A stretch of DNA of 64,000 nucleotides, taken from assembly GCF_009914755.1 (NCBI RefSeq), contig NC_060936.1; one strand, given 5' to 3'. The position numbers were made by a program, and so were the translations under genes. Every line of letters starts with the position of its first letter. Positions within the stretch are counted from its first letter, which is position 1. The notes under the pieces are model-generated. The model saw only the letters and a list, made by a program, of their open reading frames with translations. It did not search any database and was not told the DNA's origin. Of this stretch, positions 44,056 through 64,000 are shown one piece after another. Source of the DNA: the human T2T-CHM13v2.0 reference genome, Homo sapiens.

Positions 44056-44843
44056 AGGCCATGGAGCACTTTGGGTCCAGGAATGGCAAGACCAGCAAGA
44101 AGATCACTGACTGTGGACAACTCTAATTAAAGTTTGACTTTTTTTTTTTATCTTAATCACCGGAGCATTCCTTCTGCCGCTCTGGAAAGCACCCTCCACC
44201 ACATTTGGTCGCAGTATCCTAGAATCTTTGTGCTCTCGCTGCAGTTCCCTTTGGGTTCCATATGTTCCTTATTCCCATCCATGCCTAGCTGGATTGCTGC
44301 CGAGACCAGCTTGGTCGTGGAGACCCTAACCCAACGGTGCTAGAGGAATTAAAGACACACACACACAGAAATATAGAGTGTGGAGTGGGAAATCCGGGAT
44401 CTCACAGCCTTCAGAGCCAAGAGCCTTAAACGGAGATTTACCCACATATTTATTGACAGCAAGCCAGTCATAAGATTTACTAAAAGTATTCCTCATGGAA
44501 AATGAAGGGATGGGCCGAAATAAAGGGATGAGCCTGGCTAGTTATCCACAGCGTGAACATATGCTTAAGGCACAGATCTCTCATGCTATTGTTAGTGGTT
44601 TAAGAATACCTTAAACGGTTTTCCACCCTGGGTGGGCCAGGTGTTCCTTGCCCTCATCCTGGTAAACTGATGACTTTCCAGCATGGGTGTCAAGGCCATC
44701 ACAAGCATGTCACGACGCTGCAGAGATTTTGTTTATGGCCAGTTTTGGGGCCATTTTATGGCCAGATTTTGGGGCCTGTTCCCAACAGATTGCAGAGTTA
44801 AGTTTATGATTATGAAATAAAAACTAAATAATAAAACAAAAAG
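44056..44843 (+). pseudogene. 5'-truncated processed pseudogene of PPIA (cyclophilin A), interrupted by a MER9 LTR
   Basis: AMEHFGSRNGKTSKKIT-DCGQL* matches the PPIA C-terminus; PPIA 3'UTR gtatcctagaatctttgtgctctcgctgcag...ggattgc|agagttaagtttatgattatgaaataaaaac; A-rich tail. Confidence 0.88.
44298..44787 (-). mobile_element. MER9 solo LTR (HERV-K HML-3)
   Basis: Reverse TGTTGGGAACAGGCCCC...GGTCTCGGCA; 6-bp TSD GATTGC at 44292-44297 and 44788-44793. Confidence 0.9.
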
Positions 44844-45156
44844 ATAAATTCAGGAGAGAATATTTGTAGGATATAGCAAAACCTAAAAAACGGAGCACAG
44901 GACTTAGATCACACCTACAACAATAATACATCATTATGTCAGTATCAAGTGATGCTGTTTCCTGTGCTTTCATAGACATTTTCAAGTAGCCTGCAAAAGA
45001 ACCCTACATTATATGAAATTAGTATTTTTGGTATTTTCAGAAGAGCACAAGTTATTTGTTTTCCTAAAAAAGTACAGAGCTGCATAGCAGAACATGTGTC
45101 CATGTATCCTGATTTCTAGAAAAGAAAAAGAACATTTTGCTGAAAAAGCCACTGTG

Positions 45157-46173
<1,017 letters not shown>

Positions 46174-49100
46174 TGTCAGGCCTCTGAGCCCAAGCTAAGC
46201 TATCATATCCCCTGTGACCTACACATCCAGGTGGCTTGTTCCTGCCTTAACTGATGACATTCCACCACAAAAGAAGTGAAAATGGCCTGTTCCTGCCTTA
46301 ACTGATAACATTGTCTTATGAAATTCCTTCTCCTGGCTCACCCTGGCTCAAAAGCTCCCCTACTGAGCACCTTGTGACCCCCATTATGCCCGCCAGAGAA
46401 CAACTCCCCTTTGACAGTAATTTTCCTTTACCTACCCAAATCCTATAAAACGGCCCCACCCCTATCTCCCTTCACTGACTCTCTTTTCGGACTCAGCCCA
46501 CCTGCACCCAGGTGATTAAAAGCTTTATTGCTCACACAAAGCCTGTTTGGTGGTCTCTTCACATGGACGTGCATGAAATTTGGTGCCGTGACTCAGATCC
46601 GGGGACTTCCCTTGGGAGATCAATCCCCTGTCCTCCTGCTCTTTGCTCTGTGAAAAAGATCCACCTACGACCTCAGGTCCTCAGACCAAGCAGCCCAAGG
46701 AACATCTCACCAATTTTAAATCGGGTAAGCGGCCTCTTCTTACTCTCTTCTCCAACCTCTCTCACTGTCCCTCAACCACTTTCTCCTTTCCACTCTTCAA
46801 TCTCTCCCTTCTCTTAATTTCAATTCCTTTCATTTTCTGGTAAAGACAAAGGAGACACGTTTTATCCATGGACACAAAACTCCGGCGCCGGTCACGGACT
46901 AGGGAAGGCAGCCTTCCCTTGGTGTTTAGTCATTGCAGGGACACCTCTCTGATTATTTACACACGTTTCAGAGGTGTCAATGCAGGAGGGACGCCTGCAT
47001 TGGTCCTTCACCCTTAGCGGCAAGTCCCGCTTTTCTGGGGAAGGGGCAAGTACCCCAACCATTTCTCTCCGTGTCTCTACCCCTTCTCCACCTTTCTGGG
47101 GGGCAAGAAACCCCCAACCCCTTCTCCTTCACTCTTAGTGGCAAGTCCCGCTTTTGTAGAGGAGGGGCAAGTACCCCAACCTTGTATCTCTGTGCCCCAA
47201 TCCCTTATTTCCGTGGCCCAACCTCTTATATCTCTGCGCCCCAATCCCTTATTTCCGTGCCCCGACCTCTTATCTCTGTGCCCCAACCCCTTATTTCCAT
47301 GCCCCGACCTCTTATCTCTGTGCCCCACCCCTTATTTCCATGCCCCAACCTCTTATCTCTGTGCCCCAACCCCTTATATCTGTGCCCCAACCCCTTTCCC
47401 ACTTTTCTGGAAGGTAAGAACCCCCGAACCCCTTCCCTCCATGTCTCTACTCTCCCTTTTCTCTAGGCTTGCTTCCTTCACTATGGGCAACCTTCCACCC
47501 TCCTTTCCTCCTTCTTCTGCCTTGGCCTGTGTTCTCAAAGACTTAAAACCTCTTCAACTCACACCTGACCTAAAACCTAAATGCCTTATTTTCTTCTGCA
47601 ATGCTGCTTGACCCCAATACAAACTCAATAGTAGTTCCAAACAGCCGGAAAACGGCACTTTCAATTTTTCCATCCTGCAAGATCTAAATAATTCTTGTCA
47701 TAAAATGGGCAAACGGTCTGAGGTGCCTGACAACCAGGCATTGTTTTACACATCAGTCCCTCCCTAGTCTCTGTGCCCAGTGCAACTTGTCCCAAATCTT
47801 CCTTCTTTCCCTCCTGCCTGTCCCCTCAGTACCAATCCCAAGTGTCGCTGAGTCTTTCTAATCTTCCTTTTCTACAGACCCATCTGACCTCTCCCTTCCT
47901 CCCCAGGCTGCTCCTCGCCAGGCCGAGCTAGGTCCCAATTCTTGCTCAGCCTCTGCTCCTCCACCCTATAATCCTTTTATCACCTCCCCTCCTCACACCT
48001 GGTCCGGCTTACAGTTTCGTTCCATGACTAGCCCTCCCCCACCTGCCCAGAAATTTACTCTTAAAAAGGTGGCTGGAGCTAAAGGCATATAGTCAAGGTT
48101 AATGCGCCATTTTCTTTATCCCAAATCAGATAGTGTTTAGGCTCTTTTTCATCAAATATAAAAACTCAGCCCAGTTCATGGCTCGTTCAGCAGCAACCCT
48201 GAGACGCTTTACAGCCCTAGACCCTAAAAGGTCAAAAGGCCGTCTTATTCTCAATATACATTTTATTACCCAATCTGCTCCCGACATTAAATAAAACTCC
48301 AAAAATTAAATTCCAGCCCTCAAACCCCACAACAGGATTTAATTAACCTTGCCTTCAAGGTGTACAATAATAGAAAAAAGTTGCAATTCTTTGCCTCCAC
48401 TGTGAGACAAACCCCAGCCACATCTCCAGCACACAAGAACTTCCAAATGCCTGAACCACAGTGTCCAGGCATTCCTCCAGAACCTCCTCCGGCAGGAGCT
48501 TGTACAAGTGCCAGAAATCTGACCACCAGGCCAAGGAATGCCTGCAGCCCAGGATTCCTCCTAAGCCGTGTCCCATCTGTGCAGGACCCCATTGGAAATC
48601 AGACTGTTCAACTCACCTGGCAGCCGCTCCCAGAGCCCCTGGAACTCTGGCCCAAGGCTGTCTGACTGACTCCTTCTCGGCTTAGCAGCTGAAGACTGAC
48701 GCTGCCCGATTGCCTCGGAAGCTCCGTAGACCATCACGGATGCCGAGCTTCGGGTAACTCTCACAGTGGAAGTTAAGTCTGTCCCCTTAGTCAATACGGA
48801 GGCTACCCACTCCACATTACCTTCTTTTCAAGGGCCTGTTTCCCTTGCCTCCATAACTGTTGTGGGTATTGACGGCCAGGCTTCTAAACCCCTGAAAACT
48901 CCCCCACTCTGGTGCCAACTAGGACAACACTCTTATGCACTCTTTTTTAGTTATCCCCACCTGCCCAGTTCCCTTATTAGGCCAAGATATTTTAACCAAA
49001 TTATCTGCTTCCCTGACTATTCCTGGGCTACAGCCACATCTCATTGCTGCCCCTCTCCCCAACCCAAAGCCTCCTTCGCGTCTTCCTCTCATATCCCCCC

Positions 49101-51873
49101 ACCTTAACCCACAAGTATGGGACATCTCTACTTCCCTGGCAACCGATCACATGGCCGTTACCATCTCATTAAAACCTAATCACCCTTACCCCGCTCAACG
49201 CCAATATCCCATCCCACAGCACGCTTTAAAAGGATTAAAGCCTGTTATCACTCGCCTGCTACAGCATGGGCTTCTAAAACCTATAAACTCTCCTTACAAT
49301 TCCCCCATTTTACCTGTCCGAAAACTGGACAAGTCTTACAGATTAGTTCAGGATCTGCGCCTTATCAGCCAAATTGTTTTGCCTATCCACCCTGCAGTGC
49401 CCAACCCGTACACTCTTTTGTCCTCAATACCTTCCTCCACAACTCACTGTTCCGTGCTTGATCTTAAAGATGCTTTTTTCACTATTCCCCTGCACCTCTC
49501 GTCCCAGCCTCTCTTCGCTTTCACTTAGACTGACCCTGACACCCATTAGGCTCAGCAAATTACCTAGGCTGTACTGCTGCAAGGCTTAGTAGACAGCCCC
49601 CATTACTTCAGTCAAGCCCAAATTTCATCCTCATCTGTTACCTATCTCGGCATAATTCTCATAAAAACACACGTGCTCTCCCTGCTGATCATGTCCGATT
49701 AATCTCCCAAACCTCAATCCCTTACAAAACAACAACTCCTTTCCTTCCTAGGCATGGTTAGCGCAGTCAGAATTCTTACACAAGAGACAGGACCACACCC
49801 TGTAGCCTTTCTGTCCAAACAACTTGACCTTACTGTTTTAGCCTAGCCCTCATGTCTGCATGCAGCGGCTGCTGCTGCTTTAATACTTTTAGAGGCCCTC
49901 AAAATCACAAACTATGCTCAACTCACTCTCTACAGCTCTCATAATTTCCAAAATCTATTTTCTGACCCACACCTGACGCATATACTTTCTGCTCCCGGGC
50001 TCCTTCAGCTGTGCTTACTCTTTGTTAAGTCCCACAATTACCATTGTTCCTGGCCCGGACTTCAGTCCGGCCTCCCACATTATTCCTGATACCACACCTG
50101 ACCCCCATGACTGCATCTCTCTGATCCACCTGACGTTCACCCCATTTCCCCACATTTCCTTCTTCCCTGTTTCTCACCCTGATCACACTTAGTTTATTGA
50201 TGGCGGTTCCACCAGGCCTAATCGCCACACACCAGCAAAGGCAGGCTATGCTATAGTACAAGCCACTAGCCCGCCTCTTAGAACCTCTCATTTCCTTTCC
50301 ATTGTGGAAATCTATCCTCAAAGAAATAACTTCTCAGTGTTCCATCTGCTATTCTACTACTCCTCAGGGATTATTCAGGCCCCCTCCCTTCCCTACACAT
50401 CAAGCTCAAGGATTTGCCCCCACCCAGGACTGGCAAATTAGCTTTACTCAACATGCCCCGAGTAAGATAACTAAAATGCCTCTTAGTCTAGGTAGACACT
50501 TTCACTGGATAAGCAGAGTCCTTTCCTACAGGGTCTGAGAAGGCCACCACAGTCATTTCTTCCCTTCTGTCAGACATAATTCTTCAGTTTAGCCTTCCCA
50601 CCTCAATACAGTCTGATAACAGACGAGCCTTTATTAGTCAAATCAGCCAAGCCTTTTTTCAGGCTCTTAGTATCCAGTGACAGACTAATGGTCTATTAAA
50701 AACACACCTCACGAAGCTCAGCCACCAACTCAAAAAGGACTGGACAATACTTTTACCACTTTCGCTTCTCAGAATTCAGGCCTGTCCTCAGAATGCTACA
50801 AGGTACAGCCCATTTAAGCTCCTGTATAGACGCTCCTTTTTATTAGGCCCCAGTCTCCTTCCAGACACCAGACCAACTTAGACTGTGCCCCCAAAAACCT
50901 GTCATCCCTACTATCTTCTGTCTAGTCATACTCTTATTCAGCGTTCTCAACTACTCATACATGCCCTGCTCTTGTTTACACTGCCAGTTTACACTGTTTC
51001 TCCAAGCCATCACAGCTGATATCTCCTGGTGCTATCCCCAAACCGCCACTCTTAACTCTTAAAGTAAATAAATAATCTTTGCTGGCAAGGCTATGCTGAA
51101 CCTTCTTAGGCACTCTCTAATGAGATGTCCTAGGTCCTCCCAATTCTTAGTCCTTTAATACCTGTTTTTCTCCTTCTTTTATTCCATTTAGTTTTTCAAT
51201 TCATACAAAACTGTATCCAGGCCATCACCAATAATTCTAAATGACAAATGTTTCTTCTAACAATCCCACAATATCACCCCTTACCACAAAATCTCCCTTC
51301 AGCTTAATCGCTCCCACTTTAGGTTCCCACGCCGCCCCAATCCCGCACGAAGCAGCCCTGAGAAACATCGCCCATTATCTCTCCATACCCTCATCCAAAA
51401 TTTTCATCATCCCAACACTTTACCACTATTTCGTTTTATTTTTCTTATTAATATAAGACAGGAATGTCAGGCCTCTGAGCCCAAGCTAAGCCACCGTATC
51501 CCCTGTGGCCTGCACGTACACATCCAGATGACGGGTTCCTGCTTTAACTGATGACATTCCACCACAAAAGAAATGAAAATGGCCTGTTCCTGCCTTAACT
51601 GATGACATTGTCTTGTGAAATTCCTTCTCCTGGCTCATCCTGGCTCAAAGGCTCCCCTACTGAGCACCTTGTGACCCCCACTCTGCCCGCCAGAGAACAA
51701 CTGCCCTTTGACTGTAATTTTCCTTTACCTACCCAAATCCTATAAAACGGCCCCACCCCTATCTCCCTTTGCTGACTCTCTTCGGACTCAGCCCACCTGC
51801 ACCCAGGTGATTAAAAGCTTTATTGCTCACACAAAGCCTGTTTGGTGGTCTCTTCACACGGACGCGCATGAAA
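46174..51873 (+). mobile_element. HERV-H provirus (5.7-kb deleted type), LTR7-family LTRs 46174-46578 and 51465-51873
   Basis: TGTCAGGCCTCTGAGCCC LTR starts; PBS-His TGGTGCCGTGACTCAGAT 46581-46598; splice donor CGG|GTAAGC 46725; knuckle CPICAGPHWKSDC; dead protease (NTEA); RT fragment LDLKDAFF 48935-49528. Confidence 0.95.
47175..47400 (+). repeat. ~20-bp unit tandem repeat in the HERV-H leader
   Basis: Alternating cccttatttcc(a/g)tgcccc / cctcttatctctgtgcccc units. Confidence 0.85.
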
Positions 51874-52012
51874 GGAATAGTATTTTCCAAGTACACATCT
51901 AAACTCCTGAAATTCTTCTGTTCGACATGTTTGCCCTTTGAAATCATGTTTTTGGAGTATTTCAAGCTAAACTTAATATCAGGTCCTGCTTCTCATAGTT
52001 CAAGTCGCTTGA

Positions 52013-52711
<699 letters not shown>

Positions 52712-52881
52712 TTATGTAGCTTTATCTAAATATCTAGTTTTGAAAAATTTATTTCCCACTTATTCTTTTAAGGCAGTCAACAAAAATGTATTGAATGCTT
52801 ACTATGTGCCAGATATTGCTGAATTTTAAGGAAACCTTTTGTTCCTTTCTCCCATCAACCCTTTCATAGATTTCTTTTTCT

Positions 52882-53170
52882 GGCTGGGTGCGGTGGCTCA
52901 CGCCTGTAATCCCAGCACTTTGGGAGGCCCAGGAGGGCGGATCACAAGGTCAGGAGATCAAGACCATCCTGGCTAACACGGTGAAACTCCGTCTGTACTA
53001 AAAAATACAAAAAATTAGCCGGGCGCAGTGGCGGGCGCCTGTAGTCCCAGCTACTCAGGAGGCTGAGGCAGGAAAACCCGGGAGGCGGAGCTGGCAGTGA
53101 GCTGAGATCCCGCCACTGCACTCCAGCCTGGGCGACACAGCGAGACTCTGTCTCATTTAAAAAAAAAAAA
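52882..53170 (+). mobile_element. AluY at its original site
   Basis: Intact TSD agatttctttttct on both sides. Confidence 0.9.
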
Positions 53171-54268
53171 GATTTCTTTTTCTGAAACAGTTTATACTTT
53201 ACAGGAAGCACTTCCATCTGTTCTACTACTTCTCCTCCTCTCTCCCATCCCCCAAAATAATACCATCTAATTCAGAAAAATCAGAAAAATGGCTTAGTAT
53301 AGACAAGGCAGTGTCTCAGAGAGGAAATGATACGGCTAGGACTAAGGGAGAAGGACCCTGTCCTTCAAAGAAGAAAGAGAGATTTCTGTTTCTTTGAAAG
53401 ATTTAAAGTTACAAGAGTAAGAAGGATTTAAAGTTAGAAGAGTAAGAAGGATAAAGAATAAGAAACATCTGGATGAAAGAGGGTCCCTGAAACTTCTCAG
53501 TTGCTTGCTGATTTACATGCCATTAAACTTTTTCTGACAACTGTAACCCAGCTTATAGTCTTTGAAAATGAGTCATATTTATCATCAGTAGCACATATTA
53601 GGGACTCAGTCATATGTTATTAAGTAGCATTTCTTTAGTATTTTGTTACTGGACTTTTCATATGTGAATATCTTACGTTCTGAAATGTTTCCCTTGAAGT
53701 CAAAGAAAACACCTTCACATATGGTTCCTATAGTGTCTAACATGCTGAAGGTTTGCACAGTCAGGTTTCTTCCAATAAAAAACAAGCAAACTGTATACAC
53801 ATATACAAACTATATACATATATGTGTATAATATTATATGTATATAGTATTATATATGTAGTATATATTATGTATTATATAATACATTACATAATACATA
53901 TATAATGTATTATATAATACACATATATAATACATTATATATGTATTATGTAATACATTATATATGTATTATATAATACACTATATATTATATAATACAT
54001 TGTATAATACATTATATATTGTATTATATAATACATTATATATGTGTTATATATACATATATAATACACATATATTATATATATGTGTCATATATTATAT
54101 ATATTATATATGATGTGTATTATACATATATAATACACATATATGTATTATACATATATAATACATATATGTGTATTATATAATACATTATATAATACAC
54201 ATATTTTGTATTATATAAATTATATAATACATATATTATGTATTATATATATGTATATATATACAAGC
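53112..54268 (+). repeat. Local direct duplication, copy 2 (donor), with expanded TA-rich tract ~53820-54262
   Basis: Matches 45400-46173. Confidence 0.95.
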
Positions 54269-54975
<707 letters not shown>

Positions 54976-54996
54976 TTGTTTATATATATTATTTTT

Positions 54997-55047
54997 TAAA
55001 TCTCTCAGGGTGTGGGGCAGGGCCTGCCCCACACCCTGAGAGATTTA
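54997..55047. repeat. Perfect palindrome, 25-bp arms, 1-nt spacer
   Basis: taaatctctcagggtgtggggcagg-g-cctgccccacaccctgagagattta. Confidence 0.95.
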
Positions 55048-56078
55048 TAATTGGCTCACATGATTGTGGAGGCTGGCAAGTCCAATATCTCCAGGGCAGG
55101 CTGGACCCTATTTCCAAATTAAGTCACACTTGGAGATCCTAGGAGTTAGGACTTCAACATATAAATTTTGAGGGGGATACAATTTATCCCATAGCAGTGT
55201 TCAATAAATATTTGTTGGAAAAAAAAGGTTTTTCCCCCTAGGTATAATCTGAGCATGTGATCTCCATGTTTCTTTTTTCCCTCTTTGAACTTTCAGTTTT
55301 CTGTCATTTCTGACTTTAGGAAGCCAAATGTTGGTTTATGTGCTGTCTAAGCATGGGTGGGGTTGGGTAGCACCCTTATTTTCCCTGATGCATTCATATG
55401 CAAACTTTGGTACATTGCATATTCACTTGAATACATTTGAAAAAGGAACAGAGTGAAGCCTATAATTAGTAAGAAGGAGGGAGGAGACAGTGGCAAGCAA
55501 GGAGTGGCCCCAGCTTCTGCTTGTTCTTTCTTTTCTTTTCCTTAGTGTTGTGTCTTGGTTTGATTAGCCCCATGCTCTCTGGAGGTAGAACCTCAAATCA
55601 ACAGTCCTGGGTGGAACAGAAACAGGCTCTTCTCCTCTGGCCTCCCTTGCAGTGAGGAGAGCAGAAAACTGACTTGCTGAGAATAGCATCCCTTAGCAGA
55701 CAGGACTAAGCTGTCTCCTGGGAGGTTACCAAGTAAAGTGGGCTAATAGTTTTTGGAAAGCCCTTCGTGGAAAAGCAAAATAGTCAAAGAAGATGTTCAC
55801 AGATGTAAGACCAAAGACTACCTGTGAAAAATAGAAATAATATGGAAATGCGAAAATAATACCCTTGAGCAGAATGGTGTGAAACAAAGTATAAAATACA
55901 CAGAAATGAGTGAGGAAGGCTGGGATAATATAAAGACAGAAGACTTCCAAATACACCAGAATGAAAACATTTTCTTTAGCTGTACTGATTGGCAGTTATC
56001 ATCACTAATTTTTTGGCATGAATAAATTGGAAATTTATGTCAGCACCCTTGGATAATAATTAAAAAATATATATTATA

Positions 56079-56535
<457 letters not shown>

Positions 56536-56953
56536 TTATGGTGTCTATCTAAGCTAAAAGTCTCAAGTCAGGATTCTGATACCCAGAGCAAATCCAAGCA
56601 CGCTAACCCCTTTACAGAATAGCCTTCCACACGGCTCCGTTTCGCCCATATGCACCACATGAGATGTCAACAGTAGGGTTTTATGCAGCCTAACTTTGGG
56701 AGATTATTTGGTGGGACATTTCCTCCCACCAAATTCCAGACAGGTTATCAGACTGATAGCTGCATTTAAATAGATTTTAAAATGGATCAGAAGAGATAAA
56801 AATCACTGGTGGGCCGATTTGACTGATGGAAGTGGTAAAGGGAGTCAGCAGCTCTAGCTGGAGGGGCACTCACCATCTACGGAGGAGTGGGTGTTCACAG
56901 ACCTGGGCGATTGCTCTTAGCAGGAAGAGTGATGGGAACCAAGGAAAACAAGA

Positions 56954-57192
56954 CCGCAGTGGCTCATGCCGGTCATCCCAACACTTTGGGAGGCCATGGT
57001 GAAACCCTGTCTCTACTAAAAATACAAAAATTACCCCAGCGTGGTGGCGCGCACCTGTAATCCCTGCTACTCAGGAGGCTGAGGCAGGAGAATCTCTTGA
57101 ACCTGGGAGGTGGAAGTTGCAGTGAGCTGAGATCACGCCACCGTACTCCAGGGTGGGTGACAGAGCGAGATCCTGTCTCAAAAAAAAAAAAA
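56954..57192 (+). mobile_element. Alu with left-arm internal deletion
   Basis: gggaggcc|atggtgaaaccc junction. Confidence 0.85.
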
Positions 57193-57741
57193 GTTTATGG
57201 AGTTTATGTAGAGTGGTAGAGTGACCCAAAACTCAATTGAATATACTGGTTTTCCCTGTGTCCAAATCAAACAGAGCCTCCAGAGACCATCACAATTTTA
57301 CAACCTAACCAAGAGACGGTGCGTGCATGTATGTATGTGCCTAGTGTGTGTGAATTAGGGGAAACATGGAGAAATTGTTTATAATTCTTGAATCTATTCT
57401 TTGATGTGTTTCATTATTTTTGGAAAATTCTCATTTCTTGTCTCTTCAAACATGTCTTCTGCTTGTTCTTTCTCGTTTCTCCTTCTAAGATTCTGACAAT
57501 ATGTATGCTAAGCCATTTGATATTGTTTTATAGCACTTGAAGATAATTCAAGTGCTATAAAAATTCAAATTATTTGAAAAGAATTCAAATGATTTTCACT
57601 CTTTTTTCTTGTTGTGTTTGTTTGGGTAATTTCTATTGACCTAACTTCAAGGCAATCGATTATTTCCTCAGCTATATTCGTATTGTCAAGGTTATTAATG
57701 AGCCTGAAGAAGGAGCTGCTCATCTCTGATACAGCATTTTC

Positions 57742-60531
<2,790 letters not shown>

Positions 60532-61251
60532 CCCAACCCCTTTCAATTAGCATTGCAAATAATTCCCCTTATCATGAAAACATTATTTTTAATGGCAGCA
60601 GAGTATTGCTTTATATTAACATGACAGTTTATTCAACCGAACTCTTTATGGGGCATTGCAATAGACTTAATGTTTTATGTTTGCAGCTCTTTACACCAAC
60701 ACTTTTCCTACTGTAGTGATTTCTTTGAACAATTTCCCCTCCCCAACTCCCTGTGGTTCTAAAGGGGTGGCCAATCACAGTACCCCATCACCCTGGCCTT
60801 TAGGTGGGAGAATGACCCAGGCCCTGCCTATCATACCCTCCTGACTACAGTGACTGATTCAGAGGTGAGCCAGCGAGAGAGGGAGGAACACAGTCCTTCT
60901 TCGGGAATTTCTATAACATAGGTGAAAAATTTTGTCAGTTGGGGTCGTGGAGCTGAACGAATATGGCTTGAGGGCTCCCAGCTGCCGTCCTCCCTACGAC
61001 TTGAAGAAAAGCTTGTGTGCAGTAGGAGAAAATGAACCAATCAGAGACAAGTACACAAGAGAGAAGGACTGGGAGGAGTCGGCCCTGGCTGCACCACGTC
61101 TCCACTCCTGGGCTGTCAAGTTTTTCAAGGTGCTCTGGTTCCATAAGCTCATTCTTCCTGTTGGATCCATTCCAGTTACCAAAAACACTTTTTTGTTTAG
61201 GCTGGTTTGATATAGGATGATCATTGGTCCCAGAGAGCATCCTGGCTAATC

Positions 61252-62590
<1,339 letters not shown>

Positions 62591-62647
62591 TAGACTAATT
62601 TATATTTTAGGTGACTTCTAAGTATTACCATCATAAAGAACACTGTG

Positions 62648-62962
62648 GGCTGGGCACGGTGGCTCATACCTGTAATCCCAGCACTTTGGGAGGCTGAGGT
62701 GGTCCCTGGAGCTCAGGAGTTCGAGACTAGCCTGGGCAACATGGTGAAACCCTGTCTCTATTAAAAATACAAAACAATTAGCCAGGAGTGTTGGTGCCTA
62801 CCTGTGGTCCCAGCTACTCAGGAGGTGGAGGTGGGAGGATCGCTTGAGCCCAGGAGGTCAAAGCTGCAGTGGGCTGAGATTGTGCCACTGCACTCCAGCC
62901 TGGGTGATAAAGTGAGACTCTACTTCAAAAAAATAAAAAATAAAGAAAAGAAAAAAAAGAAA
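62648..62962 (+). mobile_element. AluJ-like SINE
   Basis: TSD aagaaca(c/g)tgtg. Confidence 0.88.
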
Positions 62963-63142
62963 GAACAGTGTGAAAAAACTCAGTGTTACACTTGTGCATA
63001 CATGCATGCTGTCCTTTTTTTCCTCATTAAGAAACATTTCCAGAGTAGGAGTTGCTGAGTGAAAGAATATGCAAATCTCAAAGGCTTTGGTGTGTATTAC
63101 AAAATTGCCATGAGAAAGTTATCCACATTCTATTTTCTCTAG

Positions 63143-63499
<357 letters not shown>

Positions 63500-63876
63500 A
63501 AGTTTACTGCTTTTCTATTGAAACTGTTCTCATACCCGTGTTCCCAACTACACCTTAATTGAATAATAAAAGAAAATAAGGACATTAAATGAGAACAGGA
63601 ATTGGAATGAGACCAGAAAAAAAGGGAGGAGTTCAAAATATGTTCTGAGAGCTTTACCATTATGAATACTCAGCTCTGGTTTTCCCCCAAAACTGGCTGA
63701 ACCAGTATGGATGTTCCAGGCAGAAACAACTTTAAAGAAGTGAATAGTGGCCCTACCCTGGTCCACCACCTAACCTGGTGGTTACAGAAGGAGGAACACA
63801 GTCCTCCTGTGTTCCAGGTGCCAGGAGGTGACTGACTATAGCATCAGTCATCACTGCACACCCTACCTGGAATTAG

Positions 63877-63884
63877 TATATAAA
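63877..63884 (+). promoter_or_regulatory. A2ML1: TATA box of A2ML1
   Basis: TATATAAA starting 64 nt upstream of the ATG, implying a TSS near 63905-63912. Confidence 0.8.
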
Positions 63885-63940
63885 GCTACGCGGAGCGATC
63901 TCTGCCCCTGACCCTGGAAAAATCTGTCTCACCCACAAAG

Positions 63941-64000
63941 ATGTGGGCTCAGCTCCTTCTAGGAATGTTGGCCCTATCACCAGCCATTGCAGAAGAACTT
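63941..64000 (+). CDS. A2ML1: Alpha-2-macroglobulin-like 1, exon 1 (signal peptide; runs off the window)
   Basis: aagATG TGG GCT CAG... = MWAQLLLGMLALSPAIAEEL; too short for the ORF track; known neighbour of RIMKLB. Confidence 0.93.
   Translation, partial: MWAQLLLGMLALSPAIAEEL

Noticed and set aside
46933-47611. Repetitive Pro/Leu/Cys-rich ORFs
   Set aside because: Translations of the HERV-H leader tandem repeat.

Overview
Primate (almost certainly human, 12p13.31) genomic DNA running from the last intron and last coding exon of RIMKLB (+, exon 14664-15127, followed by a long repeat-free 3' region with candidate spliced UTR exons) to the TATA box and first 20 codons of A2ML1 (+, ATG 63941). 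The rest is mostly retroelement. It contains an antisense HERV-W processed pseudogene (L1-retroposed, R-U5...U3-R-polyA), an ERVL > MST (MaLR) > HERV9/LTR12 nest, a HERV-H provirus plus a third LTR7, and solo MER21, MER9 and LTR8 LTRs. It also contains a 5'-truncated PPIA retrocopy, L1PA fragments and about 30 Alus. I found no evidence of a new protein-coding system; almost all ORFs in the track are repeat-derived. The most unusual signals are structural. (1) A ~1-kb gene-conversion-like tract homogenises the two HERV9 LTRs and carries a shared micro-inversion and a shared mutated TATA-like box. (2) An Alu/LTR7-bounded local duplication leaves the HERV-H provirus with non-matching flanks and a chimeric AluY. 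(3) There are several fold-back or templated-insertion scars and palindromes. (4) A possible HERV-H-to-A2ML1 splice route exists. Subfamily names come from recognition of consensus sequence, not from a RepeatMasker run.
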